A stretch of 32,000 nucleotides of DNA from Mycobacterium leprae TN (GCF_000195855.1 NC_002677.1:2400001-2432000), one strand, 5' to 3'. Shown: positions 1-13,643, numbered from the stretch's first letter. Program-made: numbers and translations. The notes: generated by a model not told the origin, from the letters alone.

Positions 1-389
1 AGTCGTCCTGACCCATCATGGGTTGCCCGAATTCTTGGTGACTGGCGTCTAACCCCAGCAAACTGCGCGAATGTTGGGCGGCGTTGCCCGATCAGCTCCC
101 GTTCTTCGCCCACCGAATCGCGGTGAATAACTAAGGTTAAGCGTCAGCACCGTGGTGGAAGTCGTCGCGATTGAGTATCCCGACGCGCACATGGACACCG
201 CGACTGTGATTTACAGCAGCACAGTCAAAGCATTGCAGCTGGTGTGGACTTACAGACGTAGTCGCTGGCCCTGGGAACCGGGCTTCAACGATGGTCGAAG
301 TATCCAGCCGGTGCTAGGCGTACGGTCCACACCAAACTCTTGATCTGCTCCAGAAAAGTCTAGAGTCATATCGGTCCGTGTTGTCCCCG

Positions 390-845
390 ATGTCGAACTA
401 CGCAAAGCAGTTGCGCATGGCTTATTTGCGTGTGACCCGTCCACAAATCGCCGTGTCCGAAGCAGTGCACACGCCCCCGCACGCCAACATTAAAACGAGC
501 CGTAATGCCGTTCCGTGTTGAACTGCCCGCAGTGTCCCGGCAAACCGTGTACGACGTACTGCAATGGCCTGACTACCACAAGTCTGGTAAGGAGCGAATC
601 TCTGGTAAGGAGCGAATCCAGTCCTCGGGTTCGGTTGCTTGCTACGAGTTACAGGCCGGAAAGAACCACCATCACATTGTGTGCCAATACTGCAGAGCGC
701 AATCGCAGACGCTAATTATACGACCGGTGAGGCGCCGTGTCTCTGACTACCTCAGACCCTAACAGCTTCCCTATTAAGGAGGCTGAAGTCATCTACTGGG
801 TCCTATGCCCGGACTGTTCGACATCAGACACTCCCGAAAGGAATG
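390..845 (+). pseudogene. furA: Fur-family regulator (furA-like), decayed
   Basis: The pieces lie in different frames. They read MSNYAKQLRMAYLRVTRPQIAV (from ATG 390), SRQTVYDVL...SGSVACYELQAGKNHHHIVCQYC (ORF 505-762) and EAEVIYWVLCPDCSTSDT (ORF 737-949). The Fur HHHxxC and C-terminal CPxC motifs are present. In-frame stops and frameshifts separate the pieces. No stop precedes the katG-like start. An 18-bp duplication lies inside. Confidence 0.75.
583..618. repeat. Perfect tandem duplication, 18 bp x 2 (tctggtaaggagcgaatc)
   Basis: Read directly: 583-600 is identical to 601-618. In the furA-like frame it is in phase and gives SGKERI twice. Confidence 0.95.
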
Positions 846-847
846 CC

Positions 848-2891
<2,044 letters not shown>

Positions 2892-2972
2892 CGGCCACAC
2901 GGCACCGCAGCAAACTGAGCCCGGCGTCCCAGCGGTTCGAAATCCCCCGCACACCAGGTACGCTGGGGTGCT

Positions 2973-3434
2973 ATGTGGTTGACAGCAGCACCTGCTGCGG
3001 CGAGATTTGTCGTTGCGAGTGTGATAGCTGCGAGTTGCGCTGCGTCGACGGGTGTTGCCGGCGCCGATCCGCAGTCGCCGTCTGCACCGAAGACAACCAT
3101 CGACCACGATGGCACATATGCGGTGGGAACCGATATCGCGCCCGGCACGTACAGCTCCGCCGGACCTGTCGGCAACGGGACATGTTATTGGAAGCGGATC
3201 GACAACCCCGATGGCCCTATCGATAACGCCATGAGCAAAAAGCCGAAGATTGTGCAGATTGAAGCGAGTAACAAAGCATTCAAGACCACCGGCTGCCAGC
3301 CCTGGCAGCAAACGAGTAACACCACCGTATCAACGGATCTCCCCGGGCCGATCGCAGGAATCCAACTGGAAAGCAATCTCGGGATCCTCAATGGGCTGCT
3401 CGCCTCAAACGGCCAGCAAGTGCCGCGGTCCTGA
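2973..3434 (+). CDS. Secreted conserved hypothetical protein (Rv1906c-like by recalled synteny)
   Basis: Intact 153-aa ORF with an ATG start. The N-terminal signal-like segment is AAARFVVASVIAASCAASTGVAGA followed by DPQ. It lies in the same orientation directly after katG. Confidence 0.7.
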   Translation: MWLTAAPAAARFVVASVIAASCAASTGVAGADPQSPSAPKTTIDHDGTYAVGTDIAPGTYSSAGPVGNGTCYWKRIDNPDGPIDNAMSKKPKIVQIEASNKAFKTTGCQPWQQTSNTTVSTDLPGPIAGIQLESNLGILNGLLASNGQQVPRS

Positions 3435-3488
3435 TCGCTACTGGCCACACCCAGACAACTGAACCGGTTTCTCGGTTACGGTGCTGCC

Positions 3489-4451
3489 ATGGCAAGTAAC
3501 GGGCAACAAATTGTCGTCATTGGTGCCGGCGTGAGTGGCTTAACATCGGCCGTCTGTCTGGCCGAAGCGGGATGGCCGGTGCAGCTGTGGGCTGCCGCAA
3601 TGCCACAGCAGACGACCTCCGCGGTGGCGGGGGCGGTATGGGCACCGCCACGGCCAGAGGAACGTGCCTCTACATCGCTGGCTTGGACAGGACACTCACT
3701 GCAGATATTTCGTGAACTGGCTAACGACCCCAGCACCGGGGTGCGTATGGCGCCAGCGTTGACCGTTGGCGATTTACCCGGGGCGAACGCGATGGGGCTT
3801 GCTGCCAAGCTGATCCCCGACCTGCGGCCGGCGGACCTGGCCGATCTCCCTGACGGCTTCGGTGCCGGGTTTTTCGGCACCATGCCAATGATCGATATGC
3901 CCCAATACCTCGATTACCTGACAGCGCGACTGGCGGCAGCCGGCTGCGAACTCGAAACTCGTTCAGTACGGTCGCTAGCTGAGGCCGCAGACACTGCACC
4001 GATAATTGTTAACTGCACTGGTCTCGGCGCAGCAGCCCTCGCGAACGATGACACGGTGCGTCCATTGTTTGGTCAACACGTAGTCCTCACAAATCCCGGT
4101 CTGCAGCAACTCTTTTTGGAAGTCAATAACGGTTCGGAATGGATCTGCTACTTCCCCCACCCTCTGCGCGTGGTGTGCGGCGGCATCAGTATCCCCGGCC
4201 GCTGGGATACCACCCCAGACCCCGCGGTGACTGACCGAATCCTGCAACGCTGCCGAAGAATCGAACCACGGCTCGGCGAGGCCGCGGTGATCGAGACAAT
4301 TACCGGGTTGCGGCCAGACCGTCCGTCGCCGCGGGTGGAGGTTGAGCTGAGTGGGTCCGTGCGGTACATCCACAACTACGGCCACAGCAGCAGCGGCGTG
4401 ACCTTATCGTGGGGGTGCGCACGCGACGTGGTGCGCCTTGTCAGCGACTGA
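3489..4451 (+). CDS. aao: FAD-dependent D-amino-acid oxidase
   Basis: Intact 320-aa ORF. It has an N-terminal Rossmann motif (VVIGAGVSGLTSA) and a C-terminal DAAO-type motif (HNYGHSSSGVTLSWGCA). Confidence 0.8.
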   Translation: MASNGQQIVVIGAGVSGLTSAVCLAEAGWPVQLWAAAMPQQTTSAVAGAVWAPPRPEERASTSLAWTGHSLQIFRELANDPSTGVRMAPALTVGDLPGANAMGLAAKLIPDLRPADLADLPDGFGAGFFGTMPMIDMPQYLDYLTARLAAAGCELETRSVRSLAEAADTAPIIVNCTGLGAAALANDDTVRPLFGQHVVLTNPGLQQLFLEVNNGSEWICYFPHPLRVVCGGISIPGRWDTTPDPAVTDRILQRCRRIEPRLGEAAVIETITGLRPDRPSPRVEVELSGSVRYIHNYGHSSSGVTLSWGCARDVVRLVSD

Positions 4452-4468
4452 TCATTGACCCCGAGTTC

Positions 4469-4888
4469 TCAGTCGCAAGTGCGGCGCCCAGCACCTCGAA
4501 TCAGCATCGACAGCACCCAGCTCACAATTGACAACACGATCGCAGCCCAGATTGCAGTCCACCAGAAGTGGTCGATTTGCAATCCCCAGTGGGTGGTGTT
4601 CCCCGTGATTCGGGCCGTTATCCACAGCATCAACGCGTTAACGACGACGTGAAACAAGCCGAGGGTCAAAATGTACAACGGGATCGACAAAATTTGCACG
4701 ATTGGCTTAATGATCGCGTTGACCAAACCGAAGATCACCGCCACCACGAAGATGATGCCTACTCTCTGCAAGGTCGTGTTGCCACCGACAAAGCTCAGGC
4801 CGTGGACGAACTGGGTGACCACCCACAACGCCAAACTGGTCAACGCAGCGCGAACAAGAAAAGGACCCACGGCGGGAGATCTTGCCAT
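4469..4888 (-). CDS. Integral membrane protein, phage-holin-4_2 / DUF360 (PF04020)-like
   Basis: Intact 139-aa ORF with 4 hydrophobic spans. The family-typical core is FGLVNAIIKPIVQILSIPLYILTLGLFHVVVNALMLWI. Confidence 0.7.
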   Translation of the reverse strand: MARSPAVGPFLVRAALTSLALWVVTQFVHGLSFVGGNTTLQRVGIIFVVAVIFGLVNAIIKPIVQILSIPLYILTLGLFHVVVNALMLWITARITGNTTHWGLQIDHFWWTAIWAAIVLSIVSWVLSMLIRGAGRRTCD

Positions 4889-4944
4889 CGAACGCTCTAA
4901 TACAGAGCGTAGAAACGCTGCACATTCAACCAGCCAATCTTTAC

Positions 4945-5882
4945 GCGCGCCTCGTAGCTGATTCGGTGCGGGTACGCAGCAGCTTGGTGCTTTCCGGCCA
5001 TTCGCAGTTCCAATACGGGTAGTAGCTGGCGAACATGATTAAGTCGGAACTGAGCACGTCGACCACGCTGGGCAGGATCGGCTCTCTCAGCTCACAGGTA
5101 ACCCAGATGTTGCCTTCGGTCAGATAACCGCGCGGATCACAGCGCCAACCGCTCTCAACCTAGTTTTCCCACTTCATCGTAATGATCGTTCAGGCGATCA
5201 ATGAAGAATGGGACCAACCCGCACCGACTTCCATGAAAACGACTCGCAACTGCGTATGGCGCTCGACCACTCCGTTTGAGACGAGCGCAGTAATCGCCGT
5301 CACCCAGTCTAACGGAAAGCTAATGCAGGGCACCTAGATGTAGTTCTTGAATCGGTCAACACCAATCTGCGGCAAATGGATACCGGGCGTGAATGCTGAT
5401 CGCCATCCCACGCTCTACGGTGGCTGCGTAAAACGGGCCGAGGTAGGGGTGGTCGAGGTTGCTAGCGTTCAGAACCGGCGGGATCAAAGTCACAGCGATC
5501 CCAAGTTCCTTGACCCCGTTCGTGATGTCGATAGCCACCTGGCCGCGTTCCATGGAGGTCACACCACCACCACGCAACCAACCGTTTGTCGGCGCGCAAT
5601 AATCCCCGATCCACTGGTTGTAGAATCGGGCTAATCTGGTAGCGAAATCAGGGTCATCGAGTCTGAGTATGCAGAACCCGAGGCTGGGATACAACACCAT
5701 CATGTCGATGTGCTCGCGGTCCACATCTCTCAGCACACCCTCGGCCGACCTGCAGTTGATATCGGGTACCTTGATAATTTCGTGCTCGGGCTGGCAACCA
5801 GCGCTGGAGCCTCTGGTCTTCAGGGGTAGTTGCGGCCTTCGAGGGTCAACCGCAGCCGCCTGTCGGTACTGGGTTTCACGCT
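4945..5882 (-). pseudogene. Amidohydrolase-2 (PF04909)-type metal hydrolase, decayed
   Basis: Minus-strand fragments read RDVDREHIDMMVLYPSLG...RFYNQWIGDYC...GIAVTLIPPV...FYAATVERGMAISIHA (ORF 5356-5736). In another frame there is a C-terminal MFASYYPYWNCEWP, a degraded version of the SDYPHWD motif. Frameshifts and stops separate the fragments. Confidence 0.5.
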
Positions 5883-6038
5883 ATTAAGTCAACGCTTGAT
5901 GGCTTAATCACCAGTGAAGAATTCTCGGCCGACGTGTCCGTCGACATCCATGATTCTCATGTATCCGAAACGTACTCGGGCAAGTCGCGCATGCGCCATC
6001 GCTTCGTGTACGCAACGATGCTTCCGTGACAATTCAAC

Positions 6039-7325
6039 GTGATCACTGGTGATCCACGTAACTCGTTCATTGCGGCAATGTTGGGCCATGCTACGGATGG
6101 CTTCGATTACTTCATCGTGGTGTTCGTCTATGACGACATCGCAAATAATGTCTACCACAGCAAGGCCGAAGTCGCGTTCACTACCACGGCCACCCTGATC
6201 ATGCGTCCGGTGGGCGCATTGTTGTTTGGGCTCTGGGCTGACCAGACCGGTCGGCAACTCCCGCTGATGTTGGACGTGATGTTCTATTCCGTGGTGAGAT
6301 TCTTATGCACGTTCTCGCCAAACTTCACCGTGCTGGTGATCCTGCGGTTGCTCCACGGCATTGGTATGGGCGGCGAATGGGGGCTGGGTGCAGCGCTTGC
6401 GATGGAGAAGGTTCTCGTCGAACGTCGGGGCTTTTTCTCCGGACTGCTGCAGGAAGACAGCGCGTTTGGCTGTTTGCTGGTAAGTATGGCATCGCTGGTG
6501 GTGATGGATTGATTGCACTTAACCATGGCGATGGTTGTTCGGCCTAAGCATCATCCCGGCCCTGATTAGCCTGGTCATCCGTTACCAGGTGCAGGAATCC
6601 GAGGTATGAGAAGCCGTCCAGGCCGGATACAGCTGACTACTGACTAACACCAGAATCCGTAACGTGCCTCGCTGCGAGGCGATCGTCTGCCGGTTCACCT
6701 ATCTGGTGCTGCTGATGATCGCATCCAGCCTGGATGAGCCACGGCACCCAGTACATCTACCCAACATTTTGGTAGCAGCTTCCAACCACGGTGCCGTCCT
6801 GTCCAGCTCGACCGTCAAGTGGATCGTGATGGTCTACAACATCGGCACCATCATCGGCCGATTACACTTCGGCACGCTGTCACAGCGGTTCAGCCGACGC
6901 AATACCGTCGTGTTCTGCGCGCTGCTAGCACTGCCTATCGTGCCGCTCTTCGCCTACTTACACGCCGCGGTGATCGTGGTGATGTTGTGCCTCGGCTCCT
7001 TCCTGATGCAAGTCAGTGTGCAGGGTGCGTGGAGTGTCTATCCCCGCGCACCTGACCGAGATGTCGCAGGACGCCATTAGTGGCCCTCTACACTGGCGTC
7101 ACCTACCAGCTCGGCAATTTGCTCGCGGCGTTCAAGCTGCCCATCCAGGCACACCTGGCCGAGCCCCACGGCTACCCTTTCGCGTTGACCGGTACGATAG
7201 TGTCAGTTTTACTTGCCGTCGCGATACTGACGCTGACCAGCAAAGACGCGACTGGAATCCACTTTGGTACTGCCAAAACCACTTCTGTCCCAACCGAAGT
7301 CACGGTACCGAATCGGTATCGCTGA
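6039..7325 (+). pseudogene. nanT: MFS transporter (sialic-acid/NanT-like), decayed
   Basis: MFS blocks occur in shifting frames. They include GFDYFIVVFV, LFGLWADQTGRQLPLMLDVMFYSV, LRLLHGIGMGGEWGLGAALAME, and later hydrophobic blocks in ORFs 6664-7080 and 7080-7325. No single frame stays open. Confidence 0.7.
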
Positions 7326-8598
7326 GCGCATGGCGCAGGAGATGCATCGCCACGGTCGTCGAACGCTCACGGATGTCGGACCGGTTCCCGGGTAGCCGTA
7401 GTGTCCGAGTGAGCGTCGGACCTCCGTCGGCAAGCATCACGGTGAAGCAGACAGTTCCAATTGGCTTTTCCGCAGTCCCCCCTCCCGGACCAGCAATTCC
7501 GCTGATCGCGGCGGCCGTATCGACATCGAAGCGCTGCAGCGCACCCGCCGCCATCGCTTCGACCACCGGCTCGGACACCTCCCCATGCTCCGCAATCAGC
7601 GCCGGGTCGACGCCGAGTAACGTAACTTTGGCCTCATTGGAGTAGGCAACCAAGGCACCCGCCACATAGTCAGATGAGCCAGGCCGCTCGGTCAGCCGTG
7701 CCGCCAGCAGCCCTGCAGTACATGATTCGGCTGTCGCGATCCTCCGGCCGGCCAGTAGGTGGGCGATCAGATCATCCACACGAGCACCATCTTCGGAATA
7801 GAGCTGATGTCCGTGCCGGTCACGCAATAACTGCGTTAACTCCACATAGACGTTGACGACGTCCGGTTCGTAGCGCGTCACCATTTCGATCTCCCCGCGC
7901 CGCAAGCAGGTGGTGATCTCGAGCGCATCAAAGCCAGGGATGGAGGCCTGCGCATCACGCAGCGTCTCGGCGAGCCCCGACTCGGAAAGGCCGAACATCC
8001 GCAGGGTCTGCTGCCGGTAAATGGTTCGGTCGGCGATCGCTTCCCGCGTGGCTGCGGTCATGACCGCGCGACGCCACATCGGTTGCAGCTCACTTGGCGG
8101 TCCGGGAAGCACCATCACCGTCGGCTTACCCGGCACTACCAAACCCGGCGCAGTGCCAATCGGGTCAAGCACCTGCGAACCGGCGGGAATCATCGCCTGC
8201 TTGCGGTTGGCGGCGCGCACCGCCTCAAAGTCACCGGGATTGAAGCGCGTCATCAGTGAATTGAGAATGGCGGCAATTTTGTTCTCGAGCTCGACATCCA
8301 ACACCATCTCACGATTACAAAAACGTGCCACTACCTCGACTGTCATGTCGTCGGCGGTGGGTCCCAGGCCGCCGCTAGTAACGATCAGGTCTACGCCTGC
8401 CTCTGCCATGAAGCGCAGCTGCGCCTCGATGTCAGCAGGGCAATCACCACAGATTGTAATGTGTGCGAGCTTGACGCCTAGCTCGAGTAGCCGATCTGCG
8501 AGCCAAGGGCCATTTCTGTCTCGGACACGGCCGGTGAGGATTTCCGTTCCAGTGACCACGATGCCTGCACGTGCGCTCACCACCATTAGCCTACGCAT
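7300..8598 (-). CDS. cinA: CinA-family competence/damage-inducible protein (MoCF-binding domain plus C-terminal PncC-type nicotinamide-nucleotide amidase domain)
   Basis: Intact 432-aa ORF. The N-terminus reads [24 protein letters not shown] and the C-terminal domain reads [15 protein letters not shown]...GIAGPGGG. An alternative start is the ATG at 8586 (MVVSARAG). Confidence 0.85.
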   Translation of the reverse strand: MRRLMVVSARAGIVVTGTEILTGRVRDRNGPWLADRLLELGVKLAHITICGDCPADIEAQLRFMAEAGVDLIVTSGGLGPTADDMTVEVVARFCNREMVLDVELENKIAAILNSLMTRFNPGDFEAVRAANRKQAMIPAGSQVLDPIGTAPGLVVPGKPTVMVLPGPPSELQPMWRRAVMTAATREAIADRTIYRQQTLRMFGLSESGLAETLRDAQASIPGFDALEITTCLRRGEIEMVTRYEPDVVNVYVELTQLLRDRHGHQLYSEDGARVDDLIAHLLAGRRIATAESCTAGLLAARLTERPGSSDYVAGALVAYSNEAKVTLLGVDPALIAEHGEVSEPVVEAMAAGALQRFDVDTAAAISGIAGPGGGTAEKPIGTVCFTVMLADGGPTLTRTLRLPGNRSDIRERSTTVAMHLLRHALSDTDSVP

Positions 8599-8648
8599 GA
8601 ACTAGCCTGGGGCCGTGGCGAATGCGCCCCGAAGTGACAGAATTCGCT

Positions 8649-9953
8649 ATGACAAAGTGCGGCGACATGGACACCGCCTACTAGATCCTTGGTGGCGGTC
8701 CGACCGACCTTCTGGTCATGTCGGAGCCGTTCGCCCCGATCGACTCGGTCGACGATGAGCCGCCAATGTATGATTTTACATCGACGCCTAGCCTCGTTCA
8801 GCGAGGCAGATCCAGTTAACCATCGCGGAGTCGGTCTCTCGTCGCGGCTTCCTTCGATGAACCTGTCAAGATCGACGTTTTGGGCCGAGAACGCGATCGC
8901 TGTGATGAACGCAGTTGGATGCCAGCAGGCAACGATCTTCGCGCTGAGGTTTCCCTGCGATGAACGAACTTGTGCTCGACGCTGACGCTCACGAGTGGGT
9001 GCGCAACTTGGCGGTCGTCAACAGTGCTGCACACACTGGGGGCGCCTTACTACCCGGTCGGCGCCCAGGCCGCATCGTGCTACTCCGTTCACGACGGTAG
9101 CGCTCGAACCCGATTCGTTGGAACAGGGTTTCGACATGTTGGCGACCATCGCACCGAGTTTTGCTCACGACGGCGCTCCACGCCTGGGTGAGATCTGGCC
9201 AGCAACCGTACGGGGCCACCTAGCATGGCTAGCGCCGTCTCCTAAGATCGTGACCAGAAGGTGACATACGAGAAAACCCTCGGGCGCACTAGCGTCCCGA
9301 TCTTGATCCGTCATCGTGTCGGTTCGACTTGCATTCCCGTTGGGCACGGTCTTTACCTGGCCAAGCAGATTGCTAGATCCCGCTTCGTCCAAGCTACCGG
9401 GCGCCGATGCCCTCATATACTTGGGTGGCGACACCGCGTTGATGCTTGACGAGATCGAAGAGTTCATCACTGGTGTGCGGGGCGGATTCGAGGTCGAACG
9501 CGTACTGAGCACCATTGTGTTCACCGACATCGTTGGCGTCACTGAACGCGCCATGCTGCTCGGTGATAAATCAGTGGCGCGGCCTGCTGGACAACCACAA
9601 CATCCATGGTGCGACACGAATCGCAGTGGTTCGGCGGTCACGAAGTCAACACCACCGGCGACTGAGGCAACTGATGTGTTGCGAGGTTCGCTAGTACCAG
9701 TGCCGCGATCGCCTGAGCAAACAAAATCGTGAACGCTATCGGTGTGCTGGACATCGAGATGCGGATGGTTATTCATGTAGGCGAAGTTGAGGTGCGCGGC
9801 GTGGTTAACGATACGCTTTTTCCTGCCGAGCGATCACCGTTGTGCGACAGTGCGAGGGTCGGTCAGTTAGGGGAAGTATGGATATCCTTTCTGATCGTGG
9901 CGCCGAAGTACGTAGCCTCGGTGGCAACTGATTTGGCGGCTGTATGCGTTTAA
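8649..9953 (+). pseudogene. lipJ: LipJ-like alpha/beta-hydrolase plus class III nucleotide cyclase domain protein, decayed
   Basis: It starts [11 protein letters not shown], then a stop, then [27 protein letters not shown] cyclase-type block ([19 protein letters not shown]) lies in ORF 9316-9732. The tail is in ORF 9729-9953. There are several frame changes. Confidence 0.65.
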
Positions 9954-10024
9954 TCCACACTCGCTCCCGCTTAAGCTGATCCCGGGCGCCGGTCTGCGAG
10001 ACAATGTGGTGATAATCAAGTAGT

Positions 10025-10500
10025 AAGGTGCGGCAAGCTAACGTGAGCAAGCTCGATGCGATCGCCAACGCAGCCAATCCCAGCTGCGCCACGGTGGCGG
10101 CGTTGCCACGGCAATCGCTCGCGCCGGCAGGCCGTAACTGCAGCAGGAGTCGATTCGGAAGGCGCCGATCGAACTCGGAAAAGCGGTGAAGACCACAGCA
10201 CGCGAAATGCCGACACACTACGTGATTCACACAGTGACGATCGAGGTAGGAGGTCTGCCCGCAGCCGAAATCATCACCTGGGCTACCGGTTCGACCTTGC
10301 GCAAGGGCCAATGAGCTCGTTTGACGCTCGCGGGCGCTGGTGGCGTTTGGCACTGGTGTCGGCAGCTTCCCGCTCGAAGACACGGGGCGGCTGATGATCA
10401 ACGCTGTTCGACAGCATCAGGCCAGTTCGCTGCAGGGAATGGTGTTCACCATGCACGGTGGCAAAACTGAGCAGGCGTTCCGGGCCGTCATACAGGGTAT
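10025..10500 (+). pseudogene. Macro (Appr-1-p processing) domain protein relic, N-terminally truncated
   Basis: The + frame from about 10055 reads DAIANAANP, matching the DAIVNAAN macro-domain signature. Interrupted glycine-loop and HTV-type blocks follow, with stops and frameshifts throughout. Confidence 0.45.
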
Positions 10501-10537
10501 AGCGTCGATCGGATGTTGCGGGTCGATCGCCGACGAC

Positions 10538-10799
10538 TTAGGACAGATAACGCTCGATGAAATCCACCTTTTGCGGCATAACACTCGGCAACCCCGGACG
10601 CGGGTCGACCTTGATTACTGCGGTGCACAAGCAGCCACGGCCTCCACCGCACGCTGCACCACCCCATGACTTGCTCCCAGATATCACCTTCGATCATACG
10701 GCCAGCACAGAGACCTAATGACCTACCCAGTAACCCTGTACTCGGCTTGAGGAAGGCCTGGCAGTATTCGAGCACTATGTGGGTTCTGGTACAACGCAT
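10538..10799 (-). pseudogene. UPF0045 (MTH1187/YkoF-like) small protein, frameshifted
   Basis: The frame of ORF 10488-10886 gives [18 protein letters not shown]...GRMIEGDIWEQVMGW, which resembles the family core GT.iEG..dEvm. The family C-terminus (AVIKVDPRPGLPSVMPQKVDFIERYLS, then a stop at 10538-10540) appears only in a shifted frame. Confidence 0.45.
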
Positions 10800-11225
10800 G
10801 TCGTCAGCAGCGATGTAGTTCGATTGCCAGGTGGTCGGAGCTATCCAGCCCGACCTCCAAAACCTTTTCACGTTCGTGGATTTCACCCACAGCGACGATG
10901 GCGATCGTCAGGACCGCCAGCACGGCGACTACGGATGGCAGATAAGCTCTGGAATCCACGGATTCTCGCTGACGAACAGTCCGCTGCCGACGTTAACGCA
11001 CCGATCCTGGTGGTGAGTTACTTCACCCTCTACGCTGATACTGTAGTAGGGCCGTCGGCCGTCATGGAACACAGCCGCTCTGGGTGCTGCCGCTGAGCCA
11101 TTGATTTCGTCTGTCGCTGCGACATTACGGGCACTGGGTGCTCAGGTGGAAATTGGTGTGTTCGGCGCCGACATGCAGGTCGAATTGGTCAACAACAGTC
11201 CGTCCCCCTGTTGCTGGAGCTGTGA
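10777..11225 (+). pseudogene. dtd: D-aminoacyl-tRNA deacylase, decayed
   Basis: It reads [13 protein letters not shown], then TAG, then [13 protein letters not shown] frameshift leads to [34 protein letters not shown] further shift leads to [27 protein letters not shown] last shift leads to VPLLLEL and a stop at 11223-11225. Order and content follow the Dtd fold signature (SQFTLY). Confidence 0.8.
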
Positions 11226-11317
11226 CCGTACCTTACCGTTGGAGGCGTTGGTGAATACGTGGAGAGAAGGCCAAAGGTTGCTAGACACTAGAAACTTGTC
11301 CCGGTGGTCAAGGGTTG

Positions 11318-12229
11318 ATGGCAGCCACACCTGAATTTGGGTCACTTCGTTCCGACGACGACCATTGGGACATCGTCAGCAGTGTGGGTTACACCGCTCT
11401 ACTGGTGGCAGGCTGGCGCGCACTGCACGCGGTAGGGCCGCAACCATTGGTTCGCGACGAATACGCGAAGTATTTCATTACCGCTTCACGAGACCCGTAT
11501 TTGATGAATCTGCTGGCCAACCCGGGAACTTCCCTCAATGAGACCGCGTTTCCTCGCCTTTACGGCGTGCAAACTCGGTTCTTCGACGACTTCTTCAGCT
11601 CCGCTGGTGACACAGGTATACGACAGGCGGTGATCGTCGCTGCCGGGTTAGACTCTCGAGCATATCGCCTCAAATGGCCAAACGGTGCAACGGTTTTCGA
11701 AATCGATCTACCGAAAGTCCTCGAATTCAAAGCTCGCGTGCTAGCCGAGCAAGGCGCTATACCCAACGCCGGTAGGAGCGAGGTAGCAGCCGACCTGCGC
11801 GCCGATTGGCCCAGAGCATTGAAAGCAGCCGGCTTCGATCCGCAAAGATCCAGCGCCTGGTCAGTCGAGGGGCTGTTGCCCTACTTGACCAACGACGCGC
11901 AAAGCGCCCTATTCACTCGGATCGGCGAGTTGTGCGCACCGGGCAGCCGAATTGCCGTAGGCGCTTTGGGGTCGCGTTTAGACCGCAAACAACTCGCCGC
12001 GCTGGAAGCGACCCATCCGGGGGTGAATATTTCTGGTGACGTAGACTTCTCCGCTCTCACCTATGAGCCAAAGACTGACTCGGCGCAATGGTTGGCTGCG
12101 CACGGATGGGCCGTAGAGCCCGTTCGTAACACCCTGGAGCTGCAGACTAGCTATGGAATGACTCCGCCGGACGTGGATGTGCAGATGGACAGTTTCATGC
12201 ACTCCCAATACATAACGGCAACTCGATGA
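11318..12229 (+). CDS. Putative S-adenosyl-L-methionine-dependent methyltransferase (mycobacterial Rv1896c-type family)
   Basis: Intact ORF; ATG 11318 follows aaggg. The N-terminus ([19 protein letters not shown]) and the AdoMet-binding block ([16 protein letters not shown]) are typical of this leucine-carboxyl-MTase-like family. Confidence 0.8.
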   Translation: MAATPEFGSLRSDDDHWDIVSSVGYTALLVAGWRALHAVGPQPLVRDEYAKYFITASRDPYLMNLLANPGTSLNETAFPRLYGVQTRFFDDFFSSAGDTGIRQAVIVAAGLDSRAYRLKWPNGATVFEIDLPKVLEFKARVLAEQGAIPNAGRSEVAADLRADWPRALKAAGFDPQRSSAWSVEGLLPYLTNDAQSALFTRIGELCAPGSRIAVGALGSRLDRKQLAALEATHPGVNISGDVDFSALTYEPKTDSAQWLAAHGWAVEPVRNTLELQTSYGMTPPDVDVQMDSFMHSQYITATR

Positions 12230-12516
12230 CGAAGTTTCCCCCACCGTTAGGGTCCTTTATCATAGATTGCTTAGGAGTTCAGGCTGTTCGTGGTCAGGAT
12301 CCAGGCCACCGGTTTGACCGGGATACCGCAATCTACAGTCCGCCTGACCAAACCCGGTTTGAGCATACCTCCGGTGATTTGACGCAGCCCCAGATGACTA
12401 GGGCCATAGCGCTTGACACACTGGAACAAAAATCACTGGCCCCGTCAGGACACTCCATATTCAACTAGAACGTGTTTCAGTTCAGTTAGCATCGATCCAA
12501 CGCCCCAGGGGCAGGC

Positions 12517-13640
12517 ATGCACACTGCCATTGGTGACAAACTCGGTATCGAATTTCGAATTTGCTCCTCCACCCACTGCCACAATGTCGTCGCTGTCAGC
12601 AAGGTCGACGGTTTCGTGATGCTTGGGGCGGTCAGTTTCACACTCGAACAACTAAAGTCCGAGCTCAACTGGATTGATGAGCACGTCCGCAACCATCCCC
12701 TACTGGGTCGCGATATCGTCACCCCGAACAAGTAGGAGAGCATGGATTCCCACCTTTCGCCGAATGAACGCTGCGCTCGATGATGTCGCAAGGACATTTG
12801 GATTTTACACGCAAAATGCTCGCAGATCATGGTGTCCCAGTCAAAGATAGTGACAAGGACAGTTTGCAGCTGCTCGGCTGGACCGAGGCGATCGCCATTC
12901 CCCAGGTCGAAAAATGACGTTGCGGCACCCGAAGATGACGATGGTTGCCAACGCGCCCGGTACCCCAACCACCGACATGATCAAGCACATTGACGACTCT
13001 AGTCGCAAAGTAGCCGCATTATGCGGCTTCCCCACGTAGACTCAAAAACACGTCGACATCATCATCGCCTAGAACAGCGAGACGGGTTGGACACTGCGGT
13101 GAAGTGGACTCAAATTGTGCTGTAGCCACAAGTCGTCAAGGAGATCGCTTCAAGATCGATGTTGGCTGCGTGTGGTATCGACAGCCGCCAACAGATCGCT
13201 GCGGACCTGGTCCTGTAGGGCACCTAAGACGCGTGGACGGGCTCACAGTAGCTGATGGTTGGGGAACCCGCGAACACCCTAATCCAGCAAACGGCATAAT
13301 ATAAAAATATATAAAGACCACCAGCTACGACACCGTCAACAGCTGTTCTTTCACCGACAAACCGACTCGGATGCTGCTCAACGACTGGACCGAGGCCTGG
13401 AACACCCGCAGCCGCTCGTGTATTCCACTACCAGTGCATGGTTTCCGATATGGCCGTTAAGACCACGCACAATATACACGAACGAAATCGTCGGCGTGGC
13501 GTTCAAGCCAGTCAGGCAGGTCATCGGACAATTCACCAAGGTGGAGAAGACGACCACAGTCATCACGCGGTGGGTTAAGGAGTACCCGGTAGACTACGAT
13601 GAGGGTGGACGAACTCAATGTCGCCACTGCCGCCGTCTAT
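12517..13640 (+). pseudogene. Nitronate monooxygenase (2-nitropropane dioxygenase)-like gene, decayed
   Basis: ORF 12517-12735 reads LGIEFRICSS...VVAVSKVDGFVMLGAVSFTLEQLKSELNWI, resembling the LGI.yPI...AVSnAGGLG.LGA N-terminus. The rest is broken into short frames. It contains a 20-nt pure A/T run. Confidence 0.45.
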
Positions 13641-13643
13641 CAG

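Noticed and set aside
8021-8605. 194-aa plus-strand ORF
   Set aside because: It lies entirely antisense to the well-supported cinA frame and its composition is Ser/Ala/Arg-rich.
9165-10401. Two long minus-strand ORFs (9165-9776 and 9805-10401)
   Set aside because: They are antisense to the lipJ and macro-domain relics, whose motifs are on the plus strand. They have no motifs of their own.
10488-10886. First read as a DUF2237 protein, on GDIW...CSVRW resembling PGDRWCLC
   Set aside because: A better fit is the UPF0045 family (MIEGDIWEQVM core, plus IKVD...KV C-terminus in a shifted frame). In addition, the N-terminal 29 codons overlap the strongly supported dtd start.
12240-12420. Possible C-terminal remnant of a Zn-dehydrogenase on the minus strand (PSHLGLRQITGG...IPVKPVAWIL)
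   Set aside because: It is a single short, low-identity block, which could be chance.
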